Positions 50,740 to 61,969 of a stretch of DNA of 64,000 nucleotides are shown piece by piece; the stretch's first letter is position 1, and the number at the start of each line of letters is the position of its first letter. The translations under genes and the position numbers were made by a program. The stretch is taken from positions 422 through 64,421 of IMG/VR virus record IMGVR_UViG_2518645587_000001; one strand, written 5' to 3'. Below the pieces are notes generated by a model. That model was given only the letters and a program-made list of their open reading frames with translations, was not told the origin of the DNA and did no database searches. Origin of the DNA: a virus. Its lineage: Duplodnaviria > Caudoviricetes.

Positions 50740-53700
50740 ATGACCGTTGATGTCGCCACCCTCGCAATCCGCATCAATTCGCTGGAAGCGCGCAATGCCG
50801 CCCGCGATATGGACCGCATGCGTGACTCCGGCGGCCGGGCCGAGCAGCAGACCAACGCGCTCGAATCGGCGAGTCGCAAGCTGGCGGGCGCGCTCGCACT
50901 ACTGGGTATTGGTGCCGGCATCGGTAGCATCATTAAGATGGCAGACGAGTACACGAAGTTCAGTGCGCAAATCAGGTTGGCGACCCGCTCACAAACTGAA
51001 TACAACCAAGCAATGGAAGATGTGCGCCGAATTTCCACGGCGGCGCAGCAGGACTTGGGCTCGACCGGTACGCTCTATGCCCGAATCGCAAATAGCCTAC
51101 GCGAGATGGGAAAATCGCAGAAGCAGGTTTCCGACATTACTGAGACAGTCAATCTGGCGCTGGCGGTGTCAGGCGCAACTGCTTCGGAGGCGGCGTCTGC
51201 GCAGCTCCAACTTTCCCAGGCATTTGCATCTGGCGTACTTCGCGGCGAAGAATTCAACGCGGTGAATGAGGCCGCGCCACGCCTTATGAAAGCGTTAGCC
51301 GATGGCATGGGTGTTCCGATCGGCGCACTGCGCAACATGGCAACCGAGGGGAAAATCACGTCGCAGATCATGGCCGAGGTTTTGCCAAATGCACTGGAAA
51401 AAGTCCGCGAAGAAGCGAAGAAAGTTCAGACCATCGGGGGCTCATTCACGGTATTTAGAAACAGTATTGTTGAGCTTGTCGGCGTACAGGCTCAGGCCAG
51501 CGGCGCCGTGTCGAATATCAACACAGTGTTGACGACGCTCGCCGCAAACATGCGCACTATCGTTGAGGTTGCCTTGCTCGCGGCTGCCGCGTATGGCGGC
51601 AAGATGGTCGCCGCATTAGTCGAGTCCACCAAGAAAAAAATTCAGGATGCCGCCGCAAGCATCGAGCAGAGTAAGGCAAACCAGTTGGCCGCTCAGTCTG
51701 CGGCAAGCCGTGCCGCTGCCGAGCAGCAGGCCGCGCTTATTGGGCAAAGCAATGCCCGGGCAAGAACGGTGCAAGTCCGCGCTGAGGTTGCGGACGAGCG
51801 TTTGCGTGCTGTTGCTGCCGCCACAGCTTCCGAGCAGGCAGTTGCAGCTCGCCAGGCCCTGTACGTCGCCACCGCTCAGATCATTCGCCAAGAAATGGCT
51901 CTTGAGCAAGTACGCCTTGCTGCGCAAATCAATAGCATCGGGCGCGCTCAGCGCCTTGCGGAAATGCAAAAGCTCGGCTCTCAGATTGTGGCTATTGATC
52001 GCGCAGTTGCGACCCAAAACGCCGCGCTGACAGCAACTCGCGTCGCCAACGAGCAGGCGGCTGCAACGGCCGCAACCGCCGGCGCGGCGCGGATCATTGC
52101 CGCGCGTGAGGCTGAGACCGCCGCTACAGGCGCCGCCGCTGCGGCAACCATGGGGCTGCGCTCCGCCAACGCCGCGCTAGCGACCGCCACCGGTGCTGCT
52201 TCCGTGGCTGGTCGCATCGGTGCTGGCATTCTTGCTGCGCTTGGCGGCCCCATCGGCGCGGTGATCACCGCGCTGACCTTGGGTGCCACAGCTTGGATGC
52301 TTTGGGGTAACAAGGCGAAAGAGGGCAGTGAAAAAGCCGCGAACTCGTTCCGCGAGAATCAGGACAAGGTGCTTAAAGGGCTTGATGAAGAACTTGAGAA
52401 GCAACGTGCTCTGCTAAAACTCAAAGGCCAAGGCGTTCCGGTTGCCCAAGCCAATAAAGAACTTCCAGTTACTCAGCAAATTGACGCTACGAAATCGGCC
52501 CTTGGTGTGCTTGGCGATACTTTTAAAGGCGGCACTCGGGCAGATATGGTCGCTTACTACAAAGAGCGGGCCAAATTGACTGCCGAACTGAAATTCCTTG
52601 AGGGCGGCCTTGTTGAGAGCCGACAAAATGAAGTGGCTATCAACAAGCAAAGCATAGACGAGCGCGTCAAGGGATTGAGGAAGGAAATGGCGACCAACAA
52701 TGAAAAGAGATTGGCCGAGCTGAAGGCTATCGAAGATCTGAAGGGGAAGACTGCCGATTATGACGACCTTGTCGCACGCATCAACAAGAAGTACGAGGAA
52801 AAGGGGGCAACTTCGGCGCTAACCCAGGAAGAAAACGCTTACAAGACGCTGATCTCCAACATTAAGGAAAAGATCGCCGCGAACGAACTCGAAATGGCTG
52901 GCTATAACCAGTTGTCCGAATCGCAAAAGTTGACCATCAAACTCGACGCCGAAGTGGCAACCGGCAAGACGAAGCTGAACGCCGGCGACATTGAGCGCGC
53001 ACGCGCCCTGATTGCTGTAGTTGCGACCACTGATGGCGTGATCGCCGCTAACAAGGCGGCAGCCGAAGGCCTGGCCGGCTTCACGAAAATGCAAAAGGAC
53101 CACGAAGATCAGGTGGCGAAGACCCTCTTGGTCGCACAAGACGAAGCAGCCAAGAACGAAGAACTGGTGCTCACCTACGGGATGTCGAAAGCGGCCATCG
53201 AACAGATGGAACTGGCGCGCTTGGAAAGCCAGTACGCGCAGCGGGTTTCCAGTGCGCTGACCCTACAGGAAATTGCTGACCTTGAGGCGCTGATCGCGGC
53301 CAAGCGGCGCAACGTCGCTGCCGTGACCAAGATCGAAGCGCTCGATACCGGCTCCGACGTCGCCAAAGCCAAGGAACTGTTGGATATCCTGGTCGCCGTG
53401 GACAACGCGGCCAAGTCGGCCGCCCAAGGTATGGCCGCTTCGTTCGGCACTGTGGGTGCCGCCATCGGGGGCCTGACCACGGCGCTGACCGACTACGCCG
53501 TGCAGCAGCAGGCGGTGGCCGCGCAGTTGGCAGCGGTGAGGGCTGATCCGAAGAGCAGCGCCGAAAAGATCGCCAAGGCAGAAATGGCTGCGTCGAAGGC
53601 AAGCGCCCAGGCGCAGATCAAATCGTACGGCGATATGGCGGCGGCGTCGAAAGGCTTCTTCAAAGAGAACTCGAAGGGGTACAAAGCGTTGGAAGCGACC

Positions 53701-56157
53701 GAGCGCGCATTCCGTGCGTTCGAAATGGCGATGGCCATTGAGTCCATGGTGAAGAAGCTGTTCACTATCGGCGCGGTCACCACTGCAACCGTTGCTGGCG
53801 AGGGCGCCAAGACCGCAGCAGTTGCAGCCGGCACCGCTGCGCAGGTGGCTGCTGACACGGTGAAGGGCACATCCGCTGCGGCCGTCGCCGTAGCAACGCA
53901 GGCACAGGGTGACCCGTATTCGGCGTGGGCGCGCATGGCCGCCATGGTGGCGGCGATGGCGGCTCTCGGCTTTGCAGTCGCTGGTGGTGGCGGTGGCGGT
54001 AAATCCGTCTCGCAGCAGCGCCAAGAGACCCAGGGCACCGGCTCTGTATTCGGCGACAGCACCGCGAAATCGGATTCGATCAAACGGTCGTTGGAGCTTG
54101 TGGCCGGCAACAGCAATATCGAACTGAGCTACACGCAGGGCATGCTGGCCGCCCTGCGGGGGATTCAGTCGTCGCTGTCGGGCCTCGGTAACGTACTGGT
54201 GCGCAACGCTGGGCTGACCGGAGACACTGCGGCCGGCAGCAAGAGTTCGGCAGAGAACCTGGTCAACAACTCGACTTTTCAGCTGGTATTCGGTGGTGTG
54301 TTCGGTTTGGCGCTGAACAAGCTCGATCAGGCGCTCGGAGGGTGGGGCGGGAAGCTGGCCAGCTCGGTCTTCGGTGGAAAGACTTCGGTGGAAGACACCG
54401 GGTTCAAAATCGATCCGAAGACGCTCGGCGCCGCGCTGGACGGCGGTGTCGCCTCGTTCCAGTACACCGATATCAAAAAGTCTGGCGGCCTCCTGGGCAG
54501 TACGAAACGGGATACGGATTGGCGCGGGTTGGGCAGTGAGGCAAATGCTCAGTTCACCATGGTTATCTCGAGCATCGCCGCCAGTGTCGAGACTGCAACC
54601 GCTCTGTTGGGTCTGGGTGGTGACGAGTTCACGAAGCGACTCAATGGTTTCGTGATCGACATCGGCAAGATCAGCTTGAAGGGGATGAATACCGAGGAAA
54701 TTCAGAAAACGTTGGAATCGGTGTTTTCGAAATTGGGTGATGACCTGGCCAGCTACGCTGTTTCGGGTCTGGATGCATTCGCCAAAATTGGGGAAGGGCC
54801 GCTTGAGACGCTTACGCGTATCGCATCGAACTACGCCAACCTCGATTCCATCCTGGCGTCGAGTAGCACGTCTTTCGGCCAGGTGGGCATGGCCAGCATC
54901 ATGGCGCGGGAGCGCCTGATTGAGTTCGCCGGCGGTATCGACGAGTTGGCCAGCAAGCAGTCGAGTTTCAACGACAACTTCCTGACTGAAGCGGAACGGC
55001 TGGCGCCGGTACAGAAGTATGTAACGGACCAGTTGACCGCGATGGGCTATGCCGGCATCGACACCCGCGACAAGTTCAAGGATGTCGTGCTTGGCCTCGC
55101 CAACAGCGGCGCACTGGCAACTGCGGCCGGCGCTGACACCTACGCGAGCCTCCTGGCCCTGGCCGACGCGTTCGCAAAAACGCACGCGGCAACCGAGGAT
55201 CTGACCAAATCGGAGCAGGAAATTGCAGACGAGCGCAAGGACCTGCTGCAGCAACTCGATGAGATCACGAAAAGCGAAGCGGAGCTGCTGGTCATCCAGC
55301 GCGCCGGCATCGCCGACGTCAACAAAGCCCTGTTCGACCACGTGCAGGCAGCCAAGGCGGTGGTGTCGGCCAAGGATGCACTGTCTGCGGCTTACGACCG
55401 TGAATCGTCGGCGGCCAAGACCGCGCTCGATCGCTCGAAAGCGTGGGTCACCACGCTGAACGGCCTGAACGGCAATCTTGCGCTGAGCAACCAGTCCACC
55501 CTCACGCCGGAGCAGAAATACGCCGAGGCACGGGCGCAGTTCGAGAAAACACTGGCAGCCGCGAACGCCGGCGACACGACGGCGCAGTCCGGGCTGTCGG
55601 CAGCCGAGCAGGCGTTCCTGACGGCCTCGCAGGTGGTCAACGCGTCGGACGCCAAATATGCGGCGGACTACGCGCGCGTGGTCGCAGCCAACCAGGAGGC
55701 GGTCAAGTGGGCGAGCCAGCAGGTGGACCTGCAGCAGGCCAGCTACGATGCGCTCGAGGCGCAGGTCAAGGGCCTTATCACCATCAACGACAGCGTGCTG
55801 ACGGTGGCCCAGGCCATCGCCAACCTGCAAACCGCGATGGGCGTCACCGACAGCATGGGCGGGAAATTCACGAATGCCCCAGCCGTCACGGCGATGGCTG
55901 TCGCTGCCGCGCCGGCGATCGATTTCAGCCGGTACCAGGCCGGGTCGAATGCTGGCACGGAGGTGATGGCTGCGGCGATCAAGGAGCTGCAGGAAGAAGT
56001 GAAGGGCTTGCGCGCCGACCAGGCAAAACAAACTGGCGCCATGATCCAGTCGAACGAGCGTGCGAACGCCCAGGCGGCTGACAAGGTGGTCGATGGCGTC
56101 GAGAAGTCGGCCAAGGTCTCGGCCTGGACATCTACTGTGAAAGGAGAATACGCATGA
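50740..56157 (+). CDS. Tape measure protein
   Basis: 1805 aa, Ala-rich helical; QLSQAFASGVLRGEEFNAV domain. Confidence 0.9.
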   Translation: MTVDVATLAIRINSLEARNAARDMDRMRDSGGRAEQQTNALESASRKLAGALALLGIGAGIGSIIKMADEYTKFSAQIRLATRSQTEYNQAMEDVRRISTAAQQDLGSTGTLYARIANSLREMGKSQKQVSDITETVNLALAVSGATASEAASAQLQLSQAFASGVLRGEEFNAVNEAAPRLMKALADGMGVPIGALRNMATEGKITSQIMAEVLPNALEKVREEAKKVQTIGGSFTVFRNSIVELVGVQAQASGAVSNINTVLTTLAANMRTIVEVALLAAAAYGGKMVAALVESTKKKIQDAAASIEQSKANQLAAQSAASRAAAEQQAALIGQSNARARTVQVRAEVADERLRAVAAATASEQAVAARQALYVATAQIIRQEMALEQVRLAAQINSIGRAQRLAEMQKLGSQIVAIDRAVATQNAALTATRVANEQAAATAATAGAARIIAAREAETAATGAAAAATMGLRSANAALATATGAASVAGRIGAGILAALGGPIGAVITALTLGATAWMLWGNKAKEGSEKAANSFRENQDKVLKGLDEELEKQRALLKLKGQGVPVAQANKELPVTQQIDATKSALGVLGDTFKGGTRADMVAYYKERAKLTAELKFLEGGLVESRQNEVAINKQSIDERVKGLRKEMATNNEKRLAELKAIEDLKGKTADYDDLVARINKKYEEKGATSALTQEENAYKTLISNIKEKIAANELEMAGYNQLSESQKLTIKLDAEVATGKTKLNAGDIERARALIAVVATTDGVIAANKAAAEGLAGFTKMQKDHEDQVAKTLLVAQDEAAKNEELVLTYGMSKAAIEQMELARLESQYAQRVSSALTLQEIADLEALIAAKRRNVAAVTKIEALDTGSDVAKAKELLDILVAVDNAAKSAAQGMAASFGTVGAAIGGLTTALTDYAVQQQAVAAQLAAVRADPKSSAEKIAKAEMAASKASAQAQIKSYGDMAAASKGFFKENSKGYKALEATERAFRAFEMAMAIESMVKKLFTIGAVTTATVAGEGAKTAAVAAGTAAQVAADTVKGTSAAAVAVATQAQGDPYSAWARMAAMVAAMAALGFAVAGGGGGGKSVSQQRQETQGTGSVFGDSTAKSDSIKRSLELVAGNSNIELSYTQGMLAALRGIQSSLSGLGNVLVRNAGLTGDTAAGSKSSAENLVNNSTFQLVFGGVFGLALNKLDQALGGWGGKLASSVFGGKTSVEDTGFKIDPKTLGAALDGGVASFQYTDIKKSGGLLGSTKRDTDWRGLGSEANAQFTMVISSIAASVETATALLGLGGDEFTKRLNGFVIDIGKISLKGMNTEEIQKTLESVFSKLGDDLASYAVSGLDAFAKIGEGPLETLTRIASNYANLDSILASSSTSFGQVGMASIMARERLIEFAGGIDELASKQSSFNDNFLTEAERLAPVQKYVTDQLTAMGYAGIDTRDKFKDVVLGLANSGALATAAGADTYASLLALADAFAKTHAATEDLTKSEQEIADERKDLLQQLDEITKSEAELLVIQRAGIADVNKALFDHVQAAKAVVSAKDALSAAYDRESSAAKTALDRSKAWVTTLNGLNGNLALSNQSTLTPEQKYAEARAQFEKTLAAANAGDTTAQSGLSAAEQAFLTASQVVNASDAKYAADYARVVAANQEAVKWASQQVDLQQASYDALEAQVKGLITINDSVLTVAQAIANLQTAMGVTDSMGGKFTNAPAVTAMAVAAAPAIDFSRYQAGSNAGTEVMAAAIKELQEEVKGLRADQAKQTGAMIQSNERANAQAADKVVDGVEKSAKVSAWTSTVKGEYA

Positions 56158-57644
56158 CCGATGAGCAATTCATGGCCTGGCTGAAAAACCCAGCCGCAGT
56201 GCGCATGGTGCTGATCGAGGCGGAGGTGAATGTGGCCGGCGCCGAGGTGACGCGCTACATCGCCTCGCGTGAGTACGTCACCGGACCGGCCGACTTGCCG
56301 GCCAACACGGTCTATCTGCCCCTTGCAAAGGGCGGCCTAGCGTTCACCGAGCAGGTCAGCCTGACCGGTGAGGCCTCGCTGTCGAGCGGCGACATCGAGC
56401 TGGACAACGGCGACGGCGCGCTCGACAGCTGGCTGGGCGACGTGTGGCGCAACCGCCGCATTCGCGCATGGTCCGGCGACCCGGCCTGGCCGCGCGCGGA
56501 ATTTCGGCTGGTGTTCGACGGCATCGTCGACGACGTGGGCAGTTCGAGCCGCGACACGGTGAACCTGGTGCTGCGCGACAAATTGCAGCGCCTGAATACG
56601 CCAATCAGTGAGGCCAAGCTGGGCGGCACATCGCCCAATAAGGACGCGGTGCTGCCGATTCCGTTCGGCGCGTGTTCCAACGTCACGCCATTGTTGAAGA
56701 ATCCCGGGACACTCGAATATGGTTTCGGCTGTCAAGTCGAAGGAATTATGGGTGGGATTGAATACGGCAGCGAGGCCCGCTACAACGGAAAGCCTGTCGC
56801 AATCGATGCCAATTTCGCTGCAGGCAGTTTCAAGCTCCTGCTCAATCCGAACGGGAACACCATCACGTGTAGCGTGTTGGGGGACAACGGCAGCGGGTAT
56901 GCGCCCCGCATCGCGCCGCTGGTACGCCGCATCGCCACGGCGTACGGCAAGCCGGGCGACCGGTTCACCGACGCCGACTTGGATCTGACCAATCTCGCCG
57001 CGTTCGATGCCGCCCACACGCAGCCGGTCGGCCTGTATGTGGCCGATCGTATCAATCAAGCGCTGGCCATCCAGCAGTTGGCCGCCAGCGTCGGTGCGCA
57101 AGCGGTCATGTCGGCCACTGGGCAGCTGCGCCTGATTCAGATCGCGCTGCCGGCGCGGGGCGTGCCCGTAGAGATCGGTCCCGACCAGATGCTGGCGAAC
57201 TCACTACGTCCGGCCGAGCGTCTGCCGGTGGTAGCCGCGGTAAAAATTGCTTTCGACCGAAACTACACGGTGCAGACTGGGTTGGCCGCAGGCTTGCTCC
57301 CGTGGCACGCCGACCTGTACGCCACCGAGTGGCTGACCGAGACGGTGGTGGACGAGGCGGTGCAGGCGCGGTACCGGCTGACGGACGATCCGGTGCAGAT
57401 CGAAACATGCCTGAAAACCCGGGCCGACGCGCGCGGCGAGGCTCAGCGGCGCCTGGCGCTGCGCAGCGTGCCGCGCACCATTTATGAGTTGGACGGAGAG
57501 CCAGAGCTGGCCGTGCTTCAGCTGGGCGCGCCGGTAGTGCTACGTGACGACCGCTGGGGCCTGGCTGCTGGCGCGCCGGGTGTGGTGGTGATGATGCAAC
57601 GAAACTGGCTGACCGGCCGTGTAACTGTAGGAGTAATGGTATGA
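56154..57644 (+). CDS. Tail tip/hub protein
   Basis: Coupled after the tape measure gene; PIPFGACSNVTP. Confidence 0.65.
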   Translation: MTDEQFMAWLKNPAAVRMVLIEAEVNVAGAEVTRYIASREYVTGPADLPANTVYLPLAKGGLAFTEQVSLTGEASLSSGDIELDNGDGALDSWLGDVWRNRRIRAWSGDPAWPRAEFRLVFDGIVDDVGSSSRDTVNLVLRDKLQRLNTPISEAKLGGTSPNKDAVLPIPFGACSNVTPLLKNPGTLEYGFGCQVEGIMGGIEYGSEARYNGKPVAIDANFAAGSFKLLLNPNGNTITCSVLGDNGSGYAPRIAPLVRRIATAYGKPGDRFTDADLDLTNLAAFDAAHTQPVGLYVADRINQALAIQQLAASVGAQAVMSATGQLRLIQIALPARGVPVEIGPDQMLANSLRPAERLPVVAAVKIAFDRNYTVQTGLAAGLLPWHADLYATEWLTETVVDEAVQARYRLTDDPVQIETCLKTRADARGEAQRRLALRSVPRTIYELDGEPELAVLQLGAPVVLRDDRWGLAAGAPGVVVMMQRNWLTGRVTVGVMV

Positions 57645-60130
57645 CGGCAATCGTAGGCGAACGCGACAACTTGATCATGAACACCGTGCCGCGCTACGCC
57701 GCGCCCATTGATCGCGCGCTGCGGATCACGGCCAGTTCGACCACGTTCGAGGTGTCGCTGACCGGACAGCCAGCGCCGGCGACGATCACGTTCTCCGCGC
57801 TGATGCTGGGCGCCGTCGGCGAGATCATGTTCTCGTCGGAGCCACCGGTGGCGCTGGCTGTGACCAATGGCGACGCGGTACTCAAATTCGAGGACATGAC
57901 CTCAAGCATCGTGACGGTCACGGCCACCACGGTCATCGACGGCCTGACCTATTTCGATCGCCAGACCGTGGATAAACGCCAGGCGCTCGACCTGCGCCCG
58001 CCGCCGGCGCCGACTGGCCTGGCCACCACCGGCCAGCCGGCCGCGATTCGCCTGAATTGGGCCGCTGCGCCGGCCAATTACGCTAACCTCGACTACACCG
58101 AGATCTGGCGCGCGCCCGTCAACGACATTGCCCAGGCCGCGCCGGTGGCGCGCGCGGACGCGCGCGAATTCACCGATCCAGTGGGGCCGGGCAAAACGCT
58201 CTACTACTGGATCCGGTACGTCTCGCGCGCGTCGATCCCGGGGCCGTTCAACAACAGCACCGGTACAGTAGGCGCTTCGGCCATCGAGGTCGAGCACCTG
58301 CTCCAGGTGTTGACAGGGCAGATCACCGAGTCGCAGCTGTACGCCGACCTGGGAGCGAAAATTGACAAGATCGAACAGCTTGAGGATGTTTTCGGTGATG
58401 CTGTCAGCGCCGCCCAGTCAGCGGCTGCTGCTGAACTCGCGCGTGCTGCTGCGGACCAGGCCGCCGGCCTGGCTGTCCAGTATCGCGACGCGTCCGCGCA
58501 GTCAGCGATCTCAGCCGAGACGGATGCCGCCAAGGCCACGTCGCAAGCTGCCGAATCGGCGCAGTCGTCAACAAACGCGGGTACCTCGGCAGCGGCTGCA
58601 TCGAGATCGAAAGACCTGGCCGTGCAGGCTGCAAACGGTGCTGGGCAGAGCGCTGTCGGTGCAGCACAAAGTAGCAGCAGCGCATCGGGCTTTGCGAATG
58701 CGGCCGGCCAGTCGGCGACGGCGGCCAGCGGCTCGGCCACCATGGCGAACACGAATGCCGGCCAGGCCGGCACCTACGCGGGACAGGCCGCCAGTTCGGC
58801 CACCGCCGCTAACGGCAGTGCTACGGCGGCGGCCTCATTTCTCCAGCAGGCGCAGGCAATCCTCAACGATCCAATCACAGGTCTGGTCGATAAATATGCA
58901 GCCGTGAAAGTGCTGGCCGACGCCACGGCCAGCGCGCTCGATGGTGCGCGGGCGCGGTATGCCGTGCAACTCGATGCGGATGGTGTGGCTGGCGGGTTTG
59001 AGCTGATCGGCGGCGGCGGACGCATCGATTTTGGCGTGCGCGCCACGTCGTTTTTCATCGCTGGTCCTTCTGGTGGCCCGGTGGCGCCCTCGGTGCCGTT
59101 CATCGTGCGCACCACGGAAACGGTGATCGATGGCGTCACCATCCCGATCGGCACCTACATCGCCAACGCATTCATCCAGAACGCTTCGATCACCAACGCC
59201 AAAATTGCCGGCGACATCTGGTCGAGCAACTGGGCGCCAGGCGCCAATGGCAGCGGCTGGTATCTGCAGCGCAGTGGGGATTTCTATGCCAACAGCGTGC
59301 GCCTGCGCGGCAACATCGCCGGTGGCGCGTACACCGGCTACTCCTGGCCGGCCAACAACGGTACCGGCTACTACCTGGGTCCTGAGGGGCTGTTGCTGGG
59401 CAACCCTAGCACCGGGCGATATCTCCAGGTGGAAGGGGACGGGACCCTGCACGCTCCTGGGTTCTCGATAGAGAACGGCCGCGCCAATTTCTCCGGCAAC
59501 GTGAACACCGGCATAGGAGCGGGTTTTCGCATCGAGATGGGGCCTGACGATCCGGTGTACGCAATGTGGGCCGGCGCCGGAACAAAAAACGATACGAATG
59601 CCATTTTTTACCTGAAGCGCAGCGGTGCCGGCTATTTTGGAGGCGCACTGTCGGCGGGCACCTTGCGCACGGCGGTGACCAATCCATCCATTTCTGCGAA
59701 CGTTGAACTGGTGGACGGTCCGTTCGGCACCAACGGCGGCGCGATTGCGGTCGTATGTAGCTACAACTACCTGGAATTTAGGGGGCGTGATGGGGGCAGT
59801 TATTCAGTATCCGGGCCTGAGTCCAGCGCGACCGTGAGGCTGTATCGCACCATCGGGACGGCCGCAGAAACGCTCGTTCAAACATTCATCATCACAGGCT
59901 CGACAACAGTGACTAACTCAGGGATAGCCTCGGAATTGTCATTCTACCAGCGCGAGATGGGTGGTTCATTCACCTACACCGACAATGCCGGCAGTAGCGA
60001 AAATCGAACCTATCGCGCAGTGCTGTCGGATCGGAACCTGAAAACGGTGACATTCAATCCAGTTTCCGGGGGGCTCGGAGCAAGCGTCTCGACCCTCAAT
60101 CAAACCCTGACGATAGTGACCACGGAATGA
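57641..60130 (+). CDS. Host-specificity/central tail fibre (TipJ-like C-terminus, FN3, Ala-Ser repeats)
   Basis: PPAPTGL...YYWIRYV..; VPFIVRTT...GTYIANAFIQNASITNAKI. Confidence 0.75.
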   Translation: MTAIVGERDNLIMNTVPRYAAPIDRALRITASSTTFEVSLTGQPAPATITFSALMLGAVGEIMFSSEPPVALAVTNGDAVLKFEDMTSSIVTVTATTVIDGLTYFDRQTVDKRQALDLRPPPAPTGLATTGQPAAIRLNWAAAPANYANLDYTEIWRAPVNDIAQAAPVARADAREFTDPVGPGKTLYYWIRYVSRASIPGPFNNSTGTVGASAIEVEHLLQVLTGQITESQLYADLGAKIDKIEQLEDVFGDAVSAAQSAAAAELARAAADQAAGLAVQYRDASAQSAISAETDAAKATSQAAESAQSSTNAGTSAAAASRSKDLAVQAANGAGQSAVGAAQSSSSASGFANAAGQSATAASGSATMANTNAGQAGTYAGQAASSATAANGSATAAASFLQQAQAILNDPITGLVDKYAAVKVLADATASALDGARARYAVQLDADGVAGGFELIGGGGRIDFGVRATSFFIAGPSGGPVAPSVPFIVRTTETVIDGVTIPIGTYIANAFIQNASITNAKIAGDIWSSNWAPGANGSGWYLQRSGDFYANSVRLRGNIAGGAYTGYSWPANNGTGYYLGPEGLLLGNPSTGRYLQVEGDGTLHAPGFSIENGRANFSGNVNTGIGAGFRIEMGPDDPVYAMWAGAGTKNDTNAIFYLKRSGAGYFGGALSAGTLRTAVTNPSISANVELVDGPFGTNGGAIAVVCSYNYLEFRGRDGGSYSVSGPESSATVRLYRTIGTAAETLVQTFIITGSTTVTNSGIASELSFYQREMGGSFTYTDNAGSSENRTYRAVLSDRNLKTVTFNPVSGGLGASVSTLNQTLTIVTTE

Positions 60131-60981
60131 ACAATCTACGAATCCTGCACGACAACGCCGTCGACCGCGCGGTGCTGACGGCATCGAGTCAGGCCGGCGC
60201 GCTCGGCCCCGCGAACCTGCAGCGCGACGAGCGGTCGGCGGTGCTGCGCGCGGTCGGCACCAGCGTCATGATCACGGCCACGTGGCCGACGCAGGAACTC
60301 ATCGCTTGCGTGGCACCGATCCGCACGAACATGAACAGTTCGGCGCGCATGCGCGTGCGGGGGTATGAGCGCGTCGGCGACGCCGTGCCGGTGATCGATA
60401 CCGGCGTGATGCTCCCATGCCCCGAGGCGCCGCTGGGGGACTCACCATTCGGCTACTTGCCGCTGGGTTGGAACGGCTACACATGGGGCGGTGTGAATAC
60501 CTGGGCGCGCGGGGGCGGCTCGGACGGCGTGGCCTGGTTCGAGCCGGTCAGCGTGCGGCAGCTGGTGATCGAGCTGTCGTCGGTGGACAACCCGGATGGG
60601 TACATCGAGATCTCGCGCCTGGTTGCCGGCATGTACTGGGCGCCGGAATACAACCCCAGCTACGGCGCCAGCCTGACGGCAGTGGACACCAGCGAGGGGT
60701 ATCGAACTGCTGCCGGTGCCGCCAAAACGAATGTCGGTACCCGGCACCGGCTGCTCAACATAAACCTGGAATTCCTGACGCGGCACGACCGCGCGCGCCT
60801 GGCTCGCATCGTGGACGAATGCGGAACAGTGCGCCCACTGCTGTGCAGCTTGTTCCCCGAACACGCCGACCCGGTGCTCGAACAGCAGCACATGGTCTAT
60901 GGCCGCGTTGCAAATATCGACGCCATCAGCGCATCGAGTTTCGACATCTATTCCGCTCCACTCCAAATCGAAGGGTATTAA
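60127..60981 (+). CDS. Minor tail protein
   Basis: MNNLRILHDNAVDRA..., GYIEISRL; coupled. Confidence 0.65.
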   Translation: MNNLRILHDNAVDRAVLTASSQAGALGPANLQRDERSAVLRAVGTSVMITATWPTQELIACVAPIRTNMNSSARMRVRGYERVGDAVPVIDTGVMLPCPEAPLGDSPFGYLPLGWNGYTWGGVNTWARGGGSDGVAWFEPVSVRQLVIELSSVDNPDGYIEISRLVAGMYWAPEYNPSYGASLTAVDTSEGYRTAAGAAKTNVGTRHRLLNINLEFLTRHDRARLARIVDECGTVRPLLCSLFPEHADPVLEQQHMVYGRVANIDAISASSFDIYSAPLQIEGY

Positions 60982-60982
60982 C

Positions 60983-61906
60983 GTGGCAAATATATTCAAA
61001 CCTGGCATGACCAATTTTGTCGAGGTGCTGAACCAGATGTGGGCAGCTTTCGTGGTCGGTCCATATAACGCACTGTCCCTCGCCGGCGGCACCATGACCG
61101 GACCGCTCGCCAGCATCAGCACGATTGGCGCGGAAGGCGAGGTAACGTCGCGACACCGATTGCTCTCTCCCAAGCTTCACATCGGCGTGGTCGGTGCTGA
61201 CCCGGATATCAGCGTCATCGCGCGCATCGGTTCGATAGAGGGAGCAGAGGTTCTCGCCCTGGCAAACGTGGGATCGTTTTTCCACGGGGACGGTGGGCTG
61301 GGCAACGGGCTGCCTACATGCCTCAACATCTCGCGTAATGGCCCTACGGGGCGAGGCGTCACGTCGAAGGGCACGTTCAACGGCAATGGCGCCGACTACG
61401 CCGAGTACCTGATCAAGGGGCTCCTGTGCGGCACCATCGTGCCCGGGCAGATTATCGGCATCGACGCCGACGGCCGCCTCACCGATAAATGGGATCTGGC
61501 GATCTCGTTCGCCGTCAAATCGACCAATCCGTGCATGGTGGGCGGCGATACCTGGGCGGCTCACCTCGGGCCGCGCCCGATCGCGCCAGTGCGCCAGGAC
61601 GGCGATACCGACGAACAGTGGGTCGATGCGCTGGCCGCCGCGCAGGTGGGCCAGCAGGTTTTCGACGCTGAGCTCGAGCAGGCGCGCCGGCAGGTGGACC
61701 GCATCGCGTTCGCCGGCCAGGTTCCGGTCAACCTGCAGGGGGCCGCGCCCGGCCAGTTCATCGTGCCGGTGCAGGATGGCGACGGCATCGGCGGCCTGGC
61801 CATCGACGAGGCCGATATCACCCTTCGCCAATATATGCGCGCCCTCGGCCGCGTGATCGCTATTGAGGACGACGGCCGAGCGCGGATCATCGTCAAGGTC
61901 GCATAG
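60983..61906 (+). CDS. Tail fibre/spike with peptidase G2-like autocleaving chaperone domain
   Basis: GTG 60983; NGADYAEY, RIAFAGQVPVN. Confidence 0.7.
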   Translation: MANIFKPGMTNFVEVLNQMWAAFVVGPYNALSLAGGTMTGPLASISTIGAEGEVTSRHRLLSPKLHIGVVGADPDISVIARIGSIEGAEVLALANVGSFFHGDGGLGNGLPTCLNISRNGPTGRGVTSKGTFNGNGADYAEYLIKGLLCGTIVPGQIIGIDADGRLTDKWDLAISFAVKSTNPCMVGGDTWAAHLGPRPIAPVRQDGDTDEQWVDALAAAQVGQQVFDAELEQARRQVDRIAFAGQVPVNLQGAAPGQFIVPVQDGDGIGGLAIDEADITLRQYMRALGRVIAIEDDGRARIIVKVA

Positions 61907-61925
61907 GCACCACCCATACCATCAC

Positions 61926-61948
61926 AACCCGCTCCGGCGGGTTTTTTT
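61926..61948 (+). terminator. Intrinsic terminator before the lysis cassette
   Basis: AACCCGC-TCCG-GCGGGTT-T-run. Confidence 0.7.
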
Positions 61949-61969
61949 ACGTCCCACGAAAGGGGAAAC